64,000 nt of DNA from a virus (taxonomy: Duplodnaviria > Heunggongvirae > Uroviricota > Caudoviricetes): IMG/VR virus record IMGVR_UViG_2667527582_000007; one strand, written 5' to 3'. The position numbers were made by a program, and so were the translations under genes. Below the pieces are notes generated by a model. It was not told where the DNA came from and ran no database searches. It worked only from the letters and a program-made list of their open reading frames with translations. Each line of letters begins with the position of its first letter. Positions within the stretch are counted from its first letter, which is position 1. Of this stretch, positions 31,477 to 42,553 are shown in pieces.

Positions 31477-31820
31477 GTGCCTGGCACACGCGTTTGATGG
31501 AAGACGGCGTTCAGGCAATGCGCGATTATCTTGCCGGACTGGATATCGCTTCGCCAGAGCATCAGGTTCTGATGAACGTAACAGCAAAAAGCGAGGTCGC
31601 TCCGTCAATTATCAAAGAAAATCTCTCATTACACTTAACTCATACGGTGAAATGGACTGAATCTCTCGATACATTTCTGAATATGCCAACCCCGGTAGCT
31701 TTCCTTGAAATAAGTAATAAGCCCTATTTGGGGAATATGTTAAATGATTTTGCTGGCGTGGATCAGCAACGAGTTATGCATTGTCGTAAAGCATTTAGTG
31801 ATGCAAAGGTATTCAAATGA
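31477..31820 (+). CDS. YmdE-like malonyl-CoA-ACP transacylase-like fragment
   Basis: ORF 31494..31820; context upstream of ycdU and tRNA-Ser(GGA). Confidence 0.45.
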
Positions 31821-32803
31821 TTCCTGATTATTTAACTTTTATTCGCTTTCAGGATAAACGAAATCTGATATACATTTATGCTATTGGACTTATTCTGATA
31901 GGCTTTTATTGGAAGAATGCAGGGTTTACTTTTCCATCAGAGGATATTGGTGTAGTTAGTGGGATTCTGGCTCTGGTGCTGTATAATTTTATTTTTGATC
32001 TCAAGGCGTACTGGGCTTATAAATGCGTCACGAAGAATATCGATTTTTCGTGGTTTAAGAAAAAGCAGAACCACAAAATAGAATTATTTCTTACACAACC
32101 TCTGGTGGCAGGATTTCTGTCGTTAATCATGTTGAGTGCAATGAGTTGGGGGCTATACCAGCTTCTACCCTCGTTATATGCGCTGTTCCTGATTTCGTTA
32201 CTTGGGCCGTTGGTCATCTTTCTGCTGTTTCGGATGATCCGCACCAGTTATGTCAAGCAGGTCGCTATTTCAGTAGCGAAAAAAGTAAAATATAAAAGTC
32301 TGACTCGCTATGTGCTGCTTTCGGTGTGCATCTCAACGGTTGTTAACCTGCTTACTATCAGCCCGTTGCGTAACAGTGATTCTTTTGTGACAGAGGGGCA
32401 GTGGTTAACGTTTAAATCGATAATTGCATTGCTCATTCTTTGTGGCGTAGTGTTGGCGATTAATCTGTTTTTTCTGCGCTTCTCCAAGCGGTACGCTTTT
32501 CTGGGCAGGCTTTTTTTGCAGGAAATCGATCTGTTTTTCTCCAGTGAAAATGCGTTGTCGACCTTTTTTGCCAAGCCGCTTTGGCTTCGGTTATTCATAT
32601 TGCTGGTTATTGAAGTGATGTGGATTACGCTAGTGTCGGTATTGGCAACGCTTGTGGAATGGCGGATTTGGTTTGAAGCCTATTTTTTACTCTGCTATGT
32701 ACCGTGCTTAATTTACTATTTTTTCTATTGTCGATTCCTCTGGCATAACGATTTTATGATGGCATGTGACATGTATTTCCGTTGGGGGCATTTTAATAAG
32801 TGA
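31817..32803 (+). CDS. ycdU: Inner-membrane protein YcdU-like (328 aa, polytopic)
   Basis: 328-aa hydrophobic ORF followed by tRNA-Ser(GGA), as at the E. coli ymdE-ycdU-serX locus (recalled). Confidence 0.55.
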
Positions 32804-33177
32804 GGAAGTGATAGGAAGTGACCAGATAATACATATATGTTCTGTACTCTCTTGCGCATTTTGATTGTTGACTGAGTAACCAGACAGTTGATGTGCACGA
32901 TTTCCCCTCGCCCTAACAGACGTGGGCGGGGGTACCCGGTGTGTGCAATATACGAAAAAAAAGCCCGTACTTTCGTACGAGCTCTTCTTTAAATATGGCG
33001 GTGAGGGGGGGATTGACTCGCTTCGCTCGCCCTGCGGGCAGCCCGCTCACTGCGTTCACGGTCTGTCCAACTGGCTGTCGCCAGTTGTCGACCCCCGGTC
33101 GGGGCTTCTCATCCCCCCCGGTGTGTGCAATATACGAAAAAAAAGCCCGTACTTTCGTACGGGCTTTTTTTTAAATA

Positions 33178-33233
33178 TGGCGGTGAGGGGGGGATTCGAA
33201 CCCCCGATACGTTGCCGTATACACACTTTCCAG
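33178..33233 (-). tRNA. serX: tRNA-Ser (GGA), 3' 56 nt; truncated by N run
   Basis: tggcggtgagggggggattcgaacccccgatacgttgccgtatacacactttccag. Confidence 0.85.
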
Positions 33234-33243
33234 NNNNNNNNNN

Positions 33244-33505
33244 TGTCGGCAACCTGTACCGCCTGATGCGGGGCTATGCGGAAGGTGGTTATGTGGGCGG
33301 TGCCGGAAGTCCGGCGCAGATGCGGCGGGCTGAAGGCATTAATTTTAATCAGAACAATCACGTGGTGATTCAGAACGACGGTACGAATGGTCTGCCAGGT
33401 CCACAGATGATGAAGGCGGTGTATGACATGGCCCGCAAGGGTGCCCGTGATGAAATCCAGGCACAGATGCGCGATGGTGGTCTGTTCTCCGGAGGTGGAC
33501 GATGA
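33244..33505 (+). CDS. H: Tape measure protein H, C-terminal fragment (second allele)
   Basis: ...GNLYRLMRGYAEGGYVGGAGSPAQMRRAEGINFNQNNHVVIQNDGTNG...DGGLFSGGGR*. Confidence 0.8.
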
Positions 33506-33655
33506 AAACCTTCCGCTGGAAAGTGAAACCCGGTATGGATGTGGCTTCGGTCCCTTCTGTAAGAAAGGTGCGCTTTGGTGATGGCTATTCTCAGCGAGCG
33601 CCTGCCGGGCTGAATGCCAACCTGAAAACGTACAGCGTGACGCTTTCTGTCCCCC
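33502..33655 (+). CDS. M: Tail protein M, N-terminal fragment
   Basis: MKTFRWKVKPGMDVASVPSVRKVRFGDGYSQRAPAGLNANLKTYSVTLSVP. Confidence 0.85.
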
Positions 33656-33665
33656 NNNNNNNNNN

Positions 33666-33841
33666 ACGCCGCCAGCTTGCGTACAAGCAGCTCTGGCGTG
33701 GTGGTCAGGTGCTTGCTGTTCCGCCAGCGTACACAAGCCAGCGTTGCGTGTGCTGTGGTCATACAGCGAAAGAAAATCGCCTGTCACAAAGTAAATTCAG
33801 ATGCCAGGTATGTGGATATACAGCGAACGCCGATGTAAATG
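33666..33841 (+). CDS. TnpB (IS200/IS605 OrfB) zinc-finger region fragment
   Basis: ...[58 protein letters not shown]. Confidence 0.7.
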
Positions 33842-33927
33842 NNNNNNNNNNTACCATTTGACCGGAATGTGAATATTTATGGTGGGCTATTGGCAAAAAA
33901 ATATCTGGAAAGTAGATCGCAGAAAAT

Positions 33928-33960
33928 AAAAAAACCTGCTGGTGAGGCAGGTTCTTTTAT
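33928..33960 (+). terminator. Rho-independent terminator
   Basis: acctgc-tggtga-ggcaggt hairpin followed by tcttttatttac. Confidence 0.55.
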
Positions 33961-34275
33961 TTACTACTTTGATGTTAAGTTACTGATAGTGCAACATGGC
34001 ATCTCAACGAACGAATTATAACCACCTCTGGACAGTGTTGCAATTAAGATAATGAGATTTATAATCCTGACTGTTGGGAAGTTGCGCCGGATCGAACCCA
34101 TTTCAAGTCCTGGCTACCGGACGGGTGGTGCCGCAGGTAGTGCTCTGATCCGGAGTGCAACATGGCGACTCAACAAACGTAAACCAGTATCGACAGGCAG
34201 TGTAAGGTGCTGGTGTTGCGCTCCTTAATAAGGAGAGCGGATGGACACGCTGACACAAAAGTTAANNNNNNNNNN

Positions 34276-34776
34276 ACCGCCGGACTGCGTGATGTTGTTC
34301 GCCACACTGCGGCCCATATCCACTTCAACCGGCTCGAAGGCTTCACCGGTCATGGTGTATTTGCCCTTAAGCACGGCAGAAACTGCCTGCATCTCTTCGA
34401 CCTGAGCAATGGCCAGCTCTTCGTCTCGCATGTTCTGCAGGATGATGCGACGGCGGCGGTAAGCCGGGTCCGCCAGATTCTGTGGATCTTCATCCGGCAG
34501 GCGACGCAGGGTCATCTGCGGATTCACCTCATGCTTGGGCTTGACATATCCCGGTGTAAATTCAGAGGTGGATCCGCCACGGGAACGGATAACCTCACCG
34601 GAAACAATCGGCGAAACGTACAGCGCCATGTTTACCAGTCCCGGAATTTGTGAGAGATAGACTTTCTCCGTAGTGAAGGGATAGCTCTCACGGAAAAAGA
34701 GACGCAGAAACAGCGGATCAAACTTAAATTTCTGCTCATTTGCCGCCAGCAGCTGGGCGGTTGTGTACATCGACAT
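34276..34776 (-). CDS. E: Major capsid protein E, N-terminal ~167 aa
   Basis: MSMYTTAQLLAANEQKFKFDPLFLRLFFRESYPFTTEKVYLSQIPGLVNMALYVSPIVSG... Confidence 0.85.
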
Positions 34777-34831
34777 AAAAAAATCCCGTAAAAAAAGCCG
34801 CACAGGCGGCCTTTAGTGATGAAGGGTAAAG

Positions 34832-35164
34832 TTAAACGATGCTGATTGCCGTTCCGGCAAACGCGGTCCGTTTTTTCGTCTCGTCGCTGGCAGCCTCCGG
34901 CCAGAGCACATCCTCATAACGGAACGTGCCGGACTTGTAGAACGTCAGCGTGGTGCTGGTCTGGTCAGCAGCAACCGCAAGAATGCCAACGGCAGCACCG
35001 TCGGTGGTGCCATCCCACGCAACCAGCTTACGGGTGGAGGTGTCCAGCATCAGCGGGGTCATTGCAGGCGCTTTCGCACTCAATCCGCCGGGCGCGGTTG
35101 CGGTATGAGCCGGGTCACTATTGCCCAGCGGCTGGTAATGGGTAAAGGTTTCTTTGCTCGTCAT
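34832..35164 (-). CDS. D: Head decoration protein D
   Basis: [27 protein letters not shown]...GTAISIV*. Confidence 0.85.
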   Translation of the reverse strand: MTSKETFTHYQPLGNSDPAHTATAPGGLSAKAPAMTPLMLDTSTRKLVAWDGTTDGAAVGILAVAADQTSTTLTFYKSGTFRYEDVLWPEAASDETKKRTAFAGTAISIV

Positions 35165-35194
35165 AAACATCCCTTACACTGGTGNNNNNNNNNN

Positions 35195-35966
35195 TTAAGG
35201 TCTAGACATTTTGTAGCACCAGTTGAACCACCGTATGTAAACCTTATTGTTAATCGACCTTGCTCATTTGGAAAAGTCTGAACATACATATCAGCGGCAA
35301 GGCGCACAGTGTTGTCATTTGCTAACAGCCTCGTATGGAGCATTCCGCCAGTAGTGTATGCGCCAGTAGAATCACTATATCTATCAAGAAATAGACTGTT
35401 AAGTTGAGGGCTGTTATCCCTGCCTAATCCAAGATTAGTTCTTGCACCATCAATAGTTGCCGCACCAGTACCACCATGAGAAACATCAAGTGGTATCCAT
35501 TTTTTTTGTGTGTCGCTGTAACAACCCCATGATGAGGCGGTTAAACCAAGTCGCATGGATTTATCATGATTATATAACCATGTTTCGCTATTCCATTGGT
35601 CAAGACGGTCAACTTCATCCTTTCTTGCGTGACGTGTCCATTGCGGGCCTGTGGCGCTCGACCAGCGATAGGTATACAGGGATCTTGAATTCCAACCCTG
35701 GAATATACCCGCATATGTAGGAGAACCATCGCAACCGCTAATAAAGCCTGTTAAGTACGACTCACCTGAAGCAATGGACGGAAAACCAGTGGCTGCTTCA
35801 CGAATACGCATAAATCCGATATACCCTGATGGGTTGCCGGAAATATCAGGACAATCACGCGGAGCTGAGCCAAGACCGATATTACCCCCAACAATTACTT
35901 GCGCCTGGTTGCGATAATTAAGTGCGTCCGCCGCAGATTTCGCCGCGTTTGTTTCACTGGATTTAG
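35195..35966 (-). CDS. Phage tail fiber C-terminal region
   Basis: ORF 35161..36189 ...NYRNQAQVIVGGNIGLGSAPRDCPDISGNPSGYIGFMRI...HGGTGAATIDGARTNLGLGRDNS... Confidence 0.65.
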
Positions 35967-35976
35967 NNNNNNNNNN

Positions 35977-36257
35977 CCCCTTCTGTAAGAAAGGTGCGCT
36001 TTGGTGATGGCTATTCCCAGCGAGCGCCTGCCGGGCTGAATGCCAACCTGAAAACGTACAGCGTGACGCTTTCTGTCCCCCGTGAGGAGGCCACGGTACT
36101 GGAGTCGTTTCTGGAAGAGCACGGGGGCTGGAAAGCCTTTCTGTGGACGCCGCCTTATGAGTGGCGGCAGATAAAGGTGACCTGCGCAAAATGGTCGTCG
36201 CGGGTCAGTATGCTGCGTGTTGAGTTCAGCGCAGAGTTTGAACAGGTGGTGAACTGA
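35977..36257 (+). CDS. M: Tail protein M, C-terminal fragment
   Basis: ...RFGDGYSQRAPAGLNANLKTYSVTLSVPREEATVLESFLEEHGGWKAFLWTPPYEWRQIKVTCAKWSSRVSMLRVEFSAEFEQVVN*. Confidence 0.85.
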
Positions 36258-36950
36258 TGCAGGATATCCGGCAGGAAACACTGAATGAATGCACCCGTGC
36301 GGAGCAGTCGGCCAGCGTGGTGCTCTGGGAAATCGACCTGACAGAGGTCGGTGGAGAACGTTATTTTTTCTGTAATGAGCAGAACGAAAAAGGTGAGCCG
36401 GTCACCTGGCAGGGGCGACAGTATCAGCCGTATCCCATTCAGGGGAGTGGTTTTGAACTGAATGGCAAAGGCACCAGTACGCGCCCCACGCTGACGGTTT
36501 CTAACCTGTACGGTATGGTCACCGGGATGGCGGAAGATCTGCAGAGTCTGGTCGGCGGAACGGTGGTCCGGCGTAAGGTTTACGCCCGTTTTCTGGATGC
36601 GGTGAACTTCGTCAACGGAAACAGTGACGCCGATCCGGAGCAGGAGGTGATCAGCCGCTGGCGCATCGAGCAGTGCAGCGAACTGAGCGCGGTGAGTGCC
36701 TCTTTTGTACTGTCCACGCCGACGGAAACGGACGGCGCTGTTTTTCCGGGACGTATCATGCTGGCCAACACCTGCACCTGGACCTATCGCGGCGATGAGT
36801 GCGGTTATCACGGTCCGGCGGTCGCGGATGAATATGACCAGCCAACGTCCGATATCACGAAGGATAAATGCAGCAAATGCCTGAGTGGCTGTAAGTTTCG
36901 CAATAACGTCGGCAACTTTGGCGGCTTCCTTTCCATTAACAAACTTTCGC
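36257..36950 (+). CDS. L: Tail protein L (last residue lost in N run)
   Basis: MQDIRQETLNECTRAEQSASVVLWEIDLTEVGGERYFFCNEQNEKGEPVTWQGRQYQPYPIQGSG... Confidence 0.85.
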
Positions 36951-36960
36951 NNNNNNNNNN

Positions 36961-37841
36961 GCAGGGTAGCCGAAGCTCCACTTCAGTTCTGGCATAAACT
37001 CAAAGTTCATGCCATAGCTGGAAGCAACGAGCGTCGGCGGCAGGAATACCACGGATACCACCGAGAAGATTTTGATGATGCGGTTCTGCTCGATGTTGAT
37101 AAAACCCATTGCCGCCTGCATCAGGAAGTTCACCTTCTGGAACAGGGATTCGTTATGCGGCAGCAGGGATTCGATATCTCGCAGGATTTCACGCGCCTGC
37201 TCCAGTTGCCCACCCGGTAAACGCGCTTTACGCACCAGGAAGTTGAGCGCGCGCTGGGTATCCATCAGACACAGGCGAACTTTCCAGCCGATATCTTCCA
37301 GTTCCGCCAGAGTGGAGAGCGCCTCGTCGTACTCATCGCCCTGATGCCCTTCCATAATCACCCGGCTCAACTGCTCCAGGTCGCTATAGATATTTTCAAT
37401 TTCATCTGCCAACTGTTCGATTTTGGTTTCGAACAGATCCAGCAGCAACTCGTAGGCGTTACCGTCTACCATCGACTGGCTACGGGCACGCATACGATAC
37501 AGACGAAAAGCGGGCAGTTCACGCTCACGCAGAGTAAACAGACGACCATCACGGATGGTAAATGCCACAGTGGAGTTACCGGCGTGATCTTCCGCATCTT
37601 CAAAGAAGAAGAAGGAGTGAATATGCAGGCCGTCGTCGTCTTCAAAGAAACGTGCCGATGCTTCGATGTCTTCCAGTTCCGGGCGGGTTGCCAGGCTCTG
37701 ACCAAGTTCAGATTGTACGCGCAGTCGCTCGTCGTCGTCCGGTTCGACAAGATCAATCCATACTGCATTTACAAGGGGTTGTGACTCTTCGACTTCCAGC
37801 CGGGTCAGTCGGTTATTTTCCAGTTGAAATGCGCTCAGCAT
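36961..37841 (-). CDS. corA: CorA Mg2+/Co2+ transporter (N-terminal 293 aa; C-terminal TM region lost in N run)
   Basis: [58 protein letters not shown]...[17 protein letters not shown]. Confidence 0.9.
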
Positions 37842-38210
37842 GACCGGGACTCCCAATGCTTAAAATATCGGACAGTTCGGTGGGCACACAGAAACAAATT
37901 GGGTTTCAGACCATTAAACAGCCTGACTCAGCGCGACGGGAAAAATTGAGGTCGCTGACAACCGCTAAGGCTATCAGCAAAAAGGGATAGCCTTAGGAGT
38001 TGATCCTGGATGACAGGATAGTGAGCCAGTATCTACTGGGTGTGTCCAAGGCGAATGTCCTCTTAGAGTGATCGTGCGCGCATGTTACGCCAGCAAAATT
38101 TTGCCGTCAACACGCAACAGAACACCACAGAACAATAGTTGAACTTCGCGCTTTTTGGTACTCGTCAAGGTCGCTAACAGGATAAAAAAATCCCACATCC
38201 AGGACCTATA

Positions 38211-38498
38211 ATGGCGCATCAGCTACTCATTGGTAAAGGAATGATCACCTTGAATCTCAAACGGATTTTTCTCGCCCTCACCTTACTTCCCTTGTTTGCT
38301 GTTGCCGCTGATGATTGCGCACTCTCAGATCCGACGCTGACCGTACAGGCGTATACCGTTAATCCTCAAACAGAGCGGGTGAAAATGTACTGGCAAAAAG
38401 CCAATGGCGAAGCGTGGGGAACGTTACATGCTCTGCTGGCGGATATTAATAGTCAGGGTCAGGTGCAGATGGCGATGAACGGCGGCATCTATGATGAA
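38211..38498 (+). pseudogene. YigE-like (DUF2233) N-terminal 96 aa, truncated by IS1
   Basis: ORF 38211..38525 runs into the IS1 terminus (GDAANLLI* is IS1-encoded); divergent from corA. Confidence 0.5.
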
Positions 38499-38560
38499 GG
38501 TGATGCTGCCAACTTACTGATTTAGTGTATGATGGTGTTTTTGAGGTGCTCCAGTGGCTT
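38499..38560 (+). mobile_element. IS1 left terminus
   Basis: ggtgatgctgccaacttactgatttagtgtatgatggtgtttttgaggtgctccagtggctt. Confidence 0.9.
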
Positions 38561-38570
38561 NNNNNNNNNN

Positions 38571-39059
38571 GCCGGGACGCTCAACAATGTCACGATTAAC
38601 GAGAACTGTCGGGTTCTGGGAAAACTGTCCGCGAACCAGATTGAAGGCGATCTCGTTAAAACAGTGGGCAAAGCTTTCCCCCGGGACTCCCGTGCACCGG
38701 AGCGGTGGCCATCAGGGACCATTACCGTCAGGGTTTATGACGATCAGCCGTTTGACCGGCAGATTGTTATTCCCGCGGTGGCGTTTCGTGGCGCTAAACA
38801 TGAGCGGGAGAATAACGATATTTATTCGTCATGCCGCCTGATAGTGAAGAAAAACGGTGCTGAAATTTATAACCGTACCGCGCTGGATAATACGCTGGTT
38901 TATACAGGTGTTATTGATATGCCTGCTGGTCGCGGTCACATGACGCTGGAGTTTTCGGTATCAGCGTGGCTGGTAAATGACTGGTATCCCACAGCCAGTA
39001 TCAGCGATTTGCTGGTTGTGGTGATGAAGAAATCCACAGCAGGTATCACGATTAGCTGA
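38571..39059 (+). CDS. J: J C-terminal (receptor-binding) region
   Basis: ...[30 protein letters not shown]...[43 protein letters not shown]...STAGITIS*. Confidence 0.75.
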   Translation, partial: AGTLNNVTINENCRVLGKLSANQIEGDLVKTVGKAFPRDSRAPERWPSGTITVRVYDDQPFDRQIVIPAVAFRGAKHERENNDIYSSCRLIVKKNGAEIYNRTALDNTLVYTGVIDMPAGRGHMTLEFSVSAWLVNDWYPTASISDLLVVVMKKSTAGITIS

Positions 39060-39127
39060 ATTTTCATAACCCATATGCGGGCGCCATTTCTGGCGCCTTT
39101 TTTATTGCAGAAAAGCGAGAGGTAATT

Positions 39128-39704
39128 ATGCGTAAACTTTATGCCGCCATTTTGTCCGCAGCCATCTGTCTGGCCGTATCCGGTGCGCCTGCATGGGCGT
39201 CTGAACATCAGTCCACGCTGAGCGCGGGCTATCTTCATGCCTCGACGAACGTTCCCGGCAGCGATGATCTGAACGGGATTAACGTGAAATACCGTTATGA
39301 GTTTACGGACACACTAGGGCTGGTGACGTCATTCAGCTATGCAGGAGACAAGAATCGCCAGCTGACCCGTTACAGCGATACCCGCTGGCATGAAGATTCC
39401 TTACGTAACCGCTGGTTCAGCGTGATGGCGGGGCCGTCTGTACGCGTGAATGAATGGTTCAGCGCGTATGCGATGGCGGGTGTGGCTTACAGCCGTGTGT
39501 CGACTTTCTCCGGGGATTATCTCCGCGTAACTGACAACAAGGGGAAAACGCACGATGTGCTGACCGGAAGTGATGACGGTCGCCACAGCAACACGTCTCT
39601 GGCGTGGGGAGCTGGCGTGCAGTTTAACCCGACCGAATCGGTGGCCATTGATATTGCTTATGAAGGCTCCGGCAGTGGCGACTGGCGCACTGACGGTTTC
39701 ATCG
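39128..39704 (+). CDS. lom: Lom outer-membrane protein (Ail/PagC family), nearly complete
   Basis: MRKLYAAILSAAICLAVSGAPAWASEHQSTLSAGYLHASTNVPGSDDLNGINVKYRYEF... Confidence 0.85.
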
Positions 39705-39714
39705 NNNNNNNNNN

Positions 39715-40097
39715 TGGCATGCTGGCCACCGGCTTTCCGTAGACGGATGCCCCTTTAATGGGGATCACCCGGAACAGCCCATGTTTTTTCGAGCGTTCAT
39801 ACACAATGGTCGGGTCAATCCCGCCAGTATCCCAGCAGATACGGGATACCGACATTTCTGCACCATTCCGGCGGGTATAGGTTTTATTGATGGCCTCATC
39901 CACACGCAGCAGCGTCTGTTCATCGTCGTGGCGGCCCATAATAATCTGCCGATCTATCAGCCAGCTTTCCTCACCCGGCCCCCATCCCCATACGCGCATT
40001 TCGTAGCGATCCAGCTGGGAGTCGATACCGGCGGTCAGGTAAGCCACACGGTCAGGAACGGGCGCTGAATAATGCTCTTTCCGCTCTGCCATCACTT
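39715..40097 (-). CDS. A: Terminase large subunit A, internal fragment
   Basis: ...RVAYLTAGIDSQLDRYEMRVWGWGPGEESWLIDRQIIMGRHDDEQTLLRVDEAINKTYTRRNGAEMS...GKPVASMP. Confidence 0.85.
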
Positions 40098-40115
40098 NNN
40101 NNNNNNNTCTTTTTT

Positions 40116-40200
40116 GCGGGAGTGGCGAAATTGGTAGACGCACCAGATTTAGGTTCTGGCGCCGCAAGGTGTGCGAGTTCAAGTCTCGCCTCCCGCACCA
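40116..40200 (+). tRNA. tRNA-Leu (UAG)
   Basis: gcgggagtggcgaaattggtagacgcaccagatttaggttctggcgccgcaaggtgtgcgagttcaagtctcgcctcccgcacca. Confidence 0.9.
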
Positions 40201-40223
40201 TTCACCAGAAAGCGTTGTACGGA

Positions 40224-40298
40224 TGGGGTATCGCCAAGCGGTAAGGCACCGGTTTTTGATACCGGCATTCCCTGGTTCGAATCCAGGTACCCCAGCCA
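40224..40298 (+). tRNA. tRNA-Gln (UUG)
   Basis: tggggtatcgccaagcggtaaggcaccggtttttgataccggcattccctggttcgaatccaggtaccccagcca. Confidence 0.9.
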
Positions 40299-40332
40299 TC
40301 TTCTTCGAGTAAGCGGTTCACCGCCCGGTTAT

Positions 40333-40396
40333 TGGGGTATCGCCAAGCGGTAAGGCACCGGTTTTTGATACCGGCATTCCCTGGTTCGAATCCAGG
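40333..40396 (+). tRNA. tRNA-Gln (UUG), 5' 64 nt; truncated by N run
   Basis: Identical to 40224-40287. Confidence 0.85.
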
Positions 40397-40406
40397 NNNN
40401 NNNNNN

Positions 40407-41129
40407 ATATCAGTTAATTATTGCAGCGGACCGCGATCTGAATGGTTCAGGCCAGAACAGGGCGGAAGCTGCTGCAAAAGCGTGTCAATGTGACATTGTC
40501 CTGCCACCGGTTTTTGGTGACTGGAATGATGCGCTTGCCCATTACGGAGAGGAATCCACCCTGAAGGCAATTCTTGAGGCTTTGAAGCCACATAACGCCA
40601 GTCCTTTCGACACGATGAGTGAAGCAGAATTCACAGCGATGAGTGTCAGCGAAAAAGCTCAGAGGGTTCGGGAGCATTACAGGGATGCGCTGGCGGTTGA
40701 TCCGAACGGGCAGCTTTTATCCCGCTATGAGTCTGGGGCGTGGAAAGTGATTTCTCAGTCTGATTTTGCCCGAGATGTCGCAGCCCTTTTCCAGCGCCTC
40801 GGTGCACCGTTTTCCTCAGGAAAAATTGCCTCACTGGTGGAAACATTAAAGTTAATTGTTCCGCAGCAGCAAAATCCGGCACGTCATCTGATCGGTTTTC
40901 GTAATGGCGTCCTCGATACGCGAACAGGGCTGTTTAGTCCACACTTTAAAGAGAACTGGCTACGTACCCTGTGTGAAGTCGATTTCACGCCACCGGTAAA
41001 TGGGGAAACGCTTGAAACTCATGCCCCGGCATTCTGGCGATGGCTGGACAGGGCCGCCGGGCACGAGCCAGCAAAACGCGACATTATTCTCGCAGCGCTG
41101 TTTATGGTGCTGGCGAACCGCTATGACTG
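40407..41129 (+). CDS. P4-like alpha primase-helicase, central fragment
   Basis: ...QLIIAADRDLNGSGQNRAEAAAKACQCDIVLPPVFGDWNDALAHYGEESTLKAILEALKPHNASPFDTMSEAEF...; overlaps the C-terminal end of 56303-57040. Confidence 0.55.
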
Positions 41130-41141
41130 NNNNNNNNNNGT

Positions 41142-42035
41142 GGAAACTGGTTTATTCATAAAAGCGATTATGATGATGCCGGAAGCACCAGCACCGCAAT
41201 TTCATATAATTTTGCAAACGACAGACTTGATGTGCAAAATCTTAAAGCGTCTGGCTTTATTGCAACCGGATCAGGTATATCAACGATAACAGGTCAGGAC
41301 TGGAACGCCCAACACACCGATAATATACAAAAATTTAAACCGATCTCAGGCGGTGCAAACGGCCCCGCTGGTTCTATGAACCTCGGCGGCATACATGTTC
41401 AATTTAGTAAAAATTACGCTGTACAGTTCGGAGGTCGAAATTCCGGTTTTTGGGGAAGAACAATTGAGGCAGGGACGATTCAGGAATGGAAGAAATTACT
41501 AACAGTAGACGATCTCAATTCATCTACCGATCTTGCTGTCAGGTCATTAACCACATCTAACCCGGTAAAATCTGGCGGAGGGCGAATTGATGTCCTTGGA
41601 AGCACGTCAGACTATAGCAAAATGGATTGCTTTGTACGTGGGTTTGATAGCACCGGTAATTCTCTCGCGTGGGCGTTGGGTTCATCAGTCGGCGTAAGTA
41701 AGATGCTGTCGCTAAAAAATTTCTTTAGCGGAGCTGAGATACTGTTAAATGGTAATGACGGCGCGGTTCAACTCAAAACAGGTGCTGTTAACGGGGCTAA
41801 AGCGCAGACGCTCACTATCAACAAGGATGAGGTTAACTCAACCGTTGATTTAACCCTTACAAAGCAATCAGGGACTGGTAATCGTTTTGTTTTACAGAAC
41901 TCAGGTAATGCAGAACTACCGTTTTCTGTCAGGGTGTGGGGTTCCAGTACTCGACAAAACGTTTTTGAGGTTGGAACGTCTGCTGCGTATCTGTTTTATG
42001 CGCAAAAACGTCAGCAGGCCAGTTGTTTGATGTAA
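41142..42035 (+). CDS. Phage tail fiber C-terminal region
   Basis: ...DWFIHKSDYDDAGSTSTAISYNFANDRLDVQNLKASGFIATGSGISTITGQDWNAQHTDNIQKFKPI... Confidence 0.65.
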   Translation, partial: GNWFIHKSDYDDAGSTSTAISYNFANDRLDVQNLKASGFIATGSGISTITGQDWNAQHTDNIQKFKPISGGANGPAGSMNLGGIHVQFSKNYAVQFGGRNSGFWGRTIEAGTIQEWKKLLTVDDLNSSTDLAVRSLTTSNPVKSGGGRIDVLGSTSDYSKMDCFVRGFDSTGNSLAWALGSSVGVSKMLSLKNFFSGAEILLNGNDGAVQLKTGAVNGAKAQTLTINKDEVNSTVDLTLTKQSGTGNRFVLQNSGNAELPFSVRVWGSSTRQNVFEVGTSAAYLFYAQKRQQASCLM

Positions 42036-42131
42036 ATGGCGCTATTAATTGCACAATGCTGAATCAGTCATCAGACCGCGACCTTAAAGACGATATTCTC
42101 GTTATCAGCGACGCGACGAAANNNNNNNNNN

Positions 42132-42285
42132 GTACTGGTTTTTACAGTTGCTCGATAAAGTCACGCCCTCACAGTGGGCGGCAATAGGTGTGCTGGGTAG
42201 TCTGGTGTTTGGCCTGCTGACGTATCTGACAAATCTTTATTTCAAGATTAAAGAAGACAAGCGTAAGGCTGCACGGGGAGAGTAA
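42132..42285 (+). CDS. Lambdoid S-like holin, C-terminal fragment (EssD-like)
   Basis: ...[50 protein letters not shown]; a new ORF (MTQNYELIVKGIRNFE) starts at 42290. Confidence 0.75.
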
Positions 42286-42347
42286 TTCAATGACTCAAAA
42301 CTATGAACTGATTGTGAAAGGGATCCGCAATTTTGAGNNNNNNNNNN

Positions 42348-42543
42348 TGCCAGGTCGTCCCAGAAAATCATGGCAAACTGCGCGAGCGTCATATAGCCGC
42401 CTTGTTGTAATGACAACATTTTGCGGCTATTCTTGAATTGTTCTGGTTCAAGATTAGCCCCCGTTCTGTTGTCAGGTTGTACCTCTCAACGTGCGGGGGT
42501 TTTCTCTTTCCAGCAACCAATGCCACCAGGGATAAAGCCCCCG
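42348..42543. repeat. LDR unit fragment (ldr 5' end 42348-42392 minus, plus leader region)
   Basis: Minus strand MTLAQFAMIFWDDLA...; same leader sequence as 2401-2540. Confidence 0.7.
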
Positions 42544-42553
42544 NNNNNNNNNN

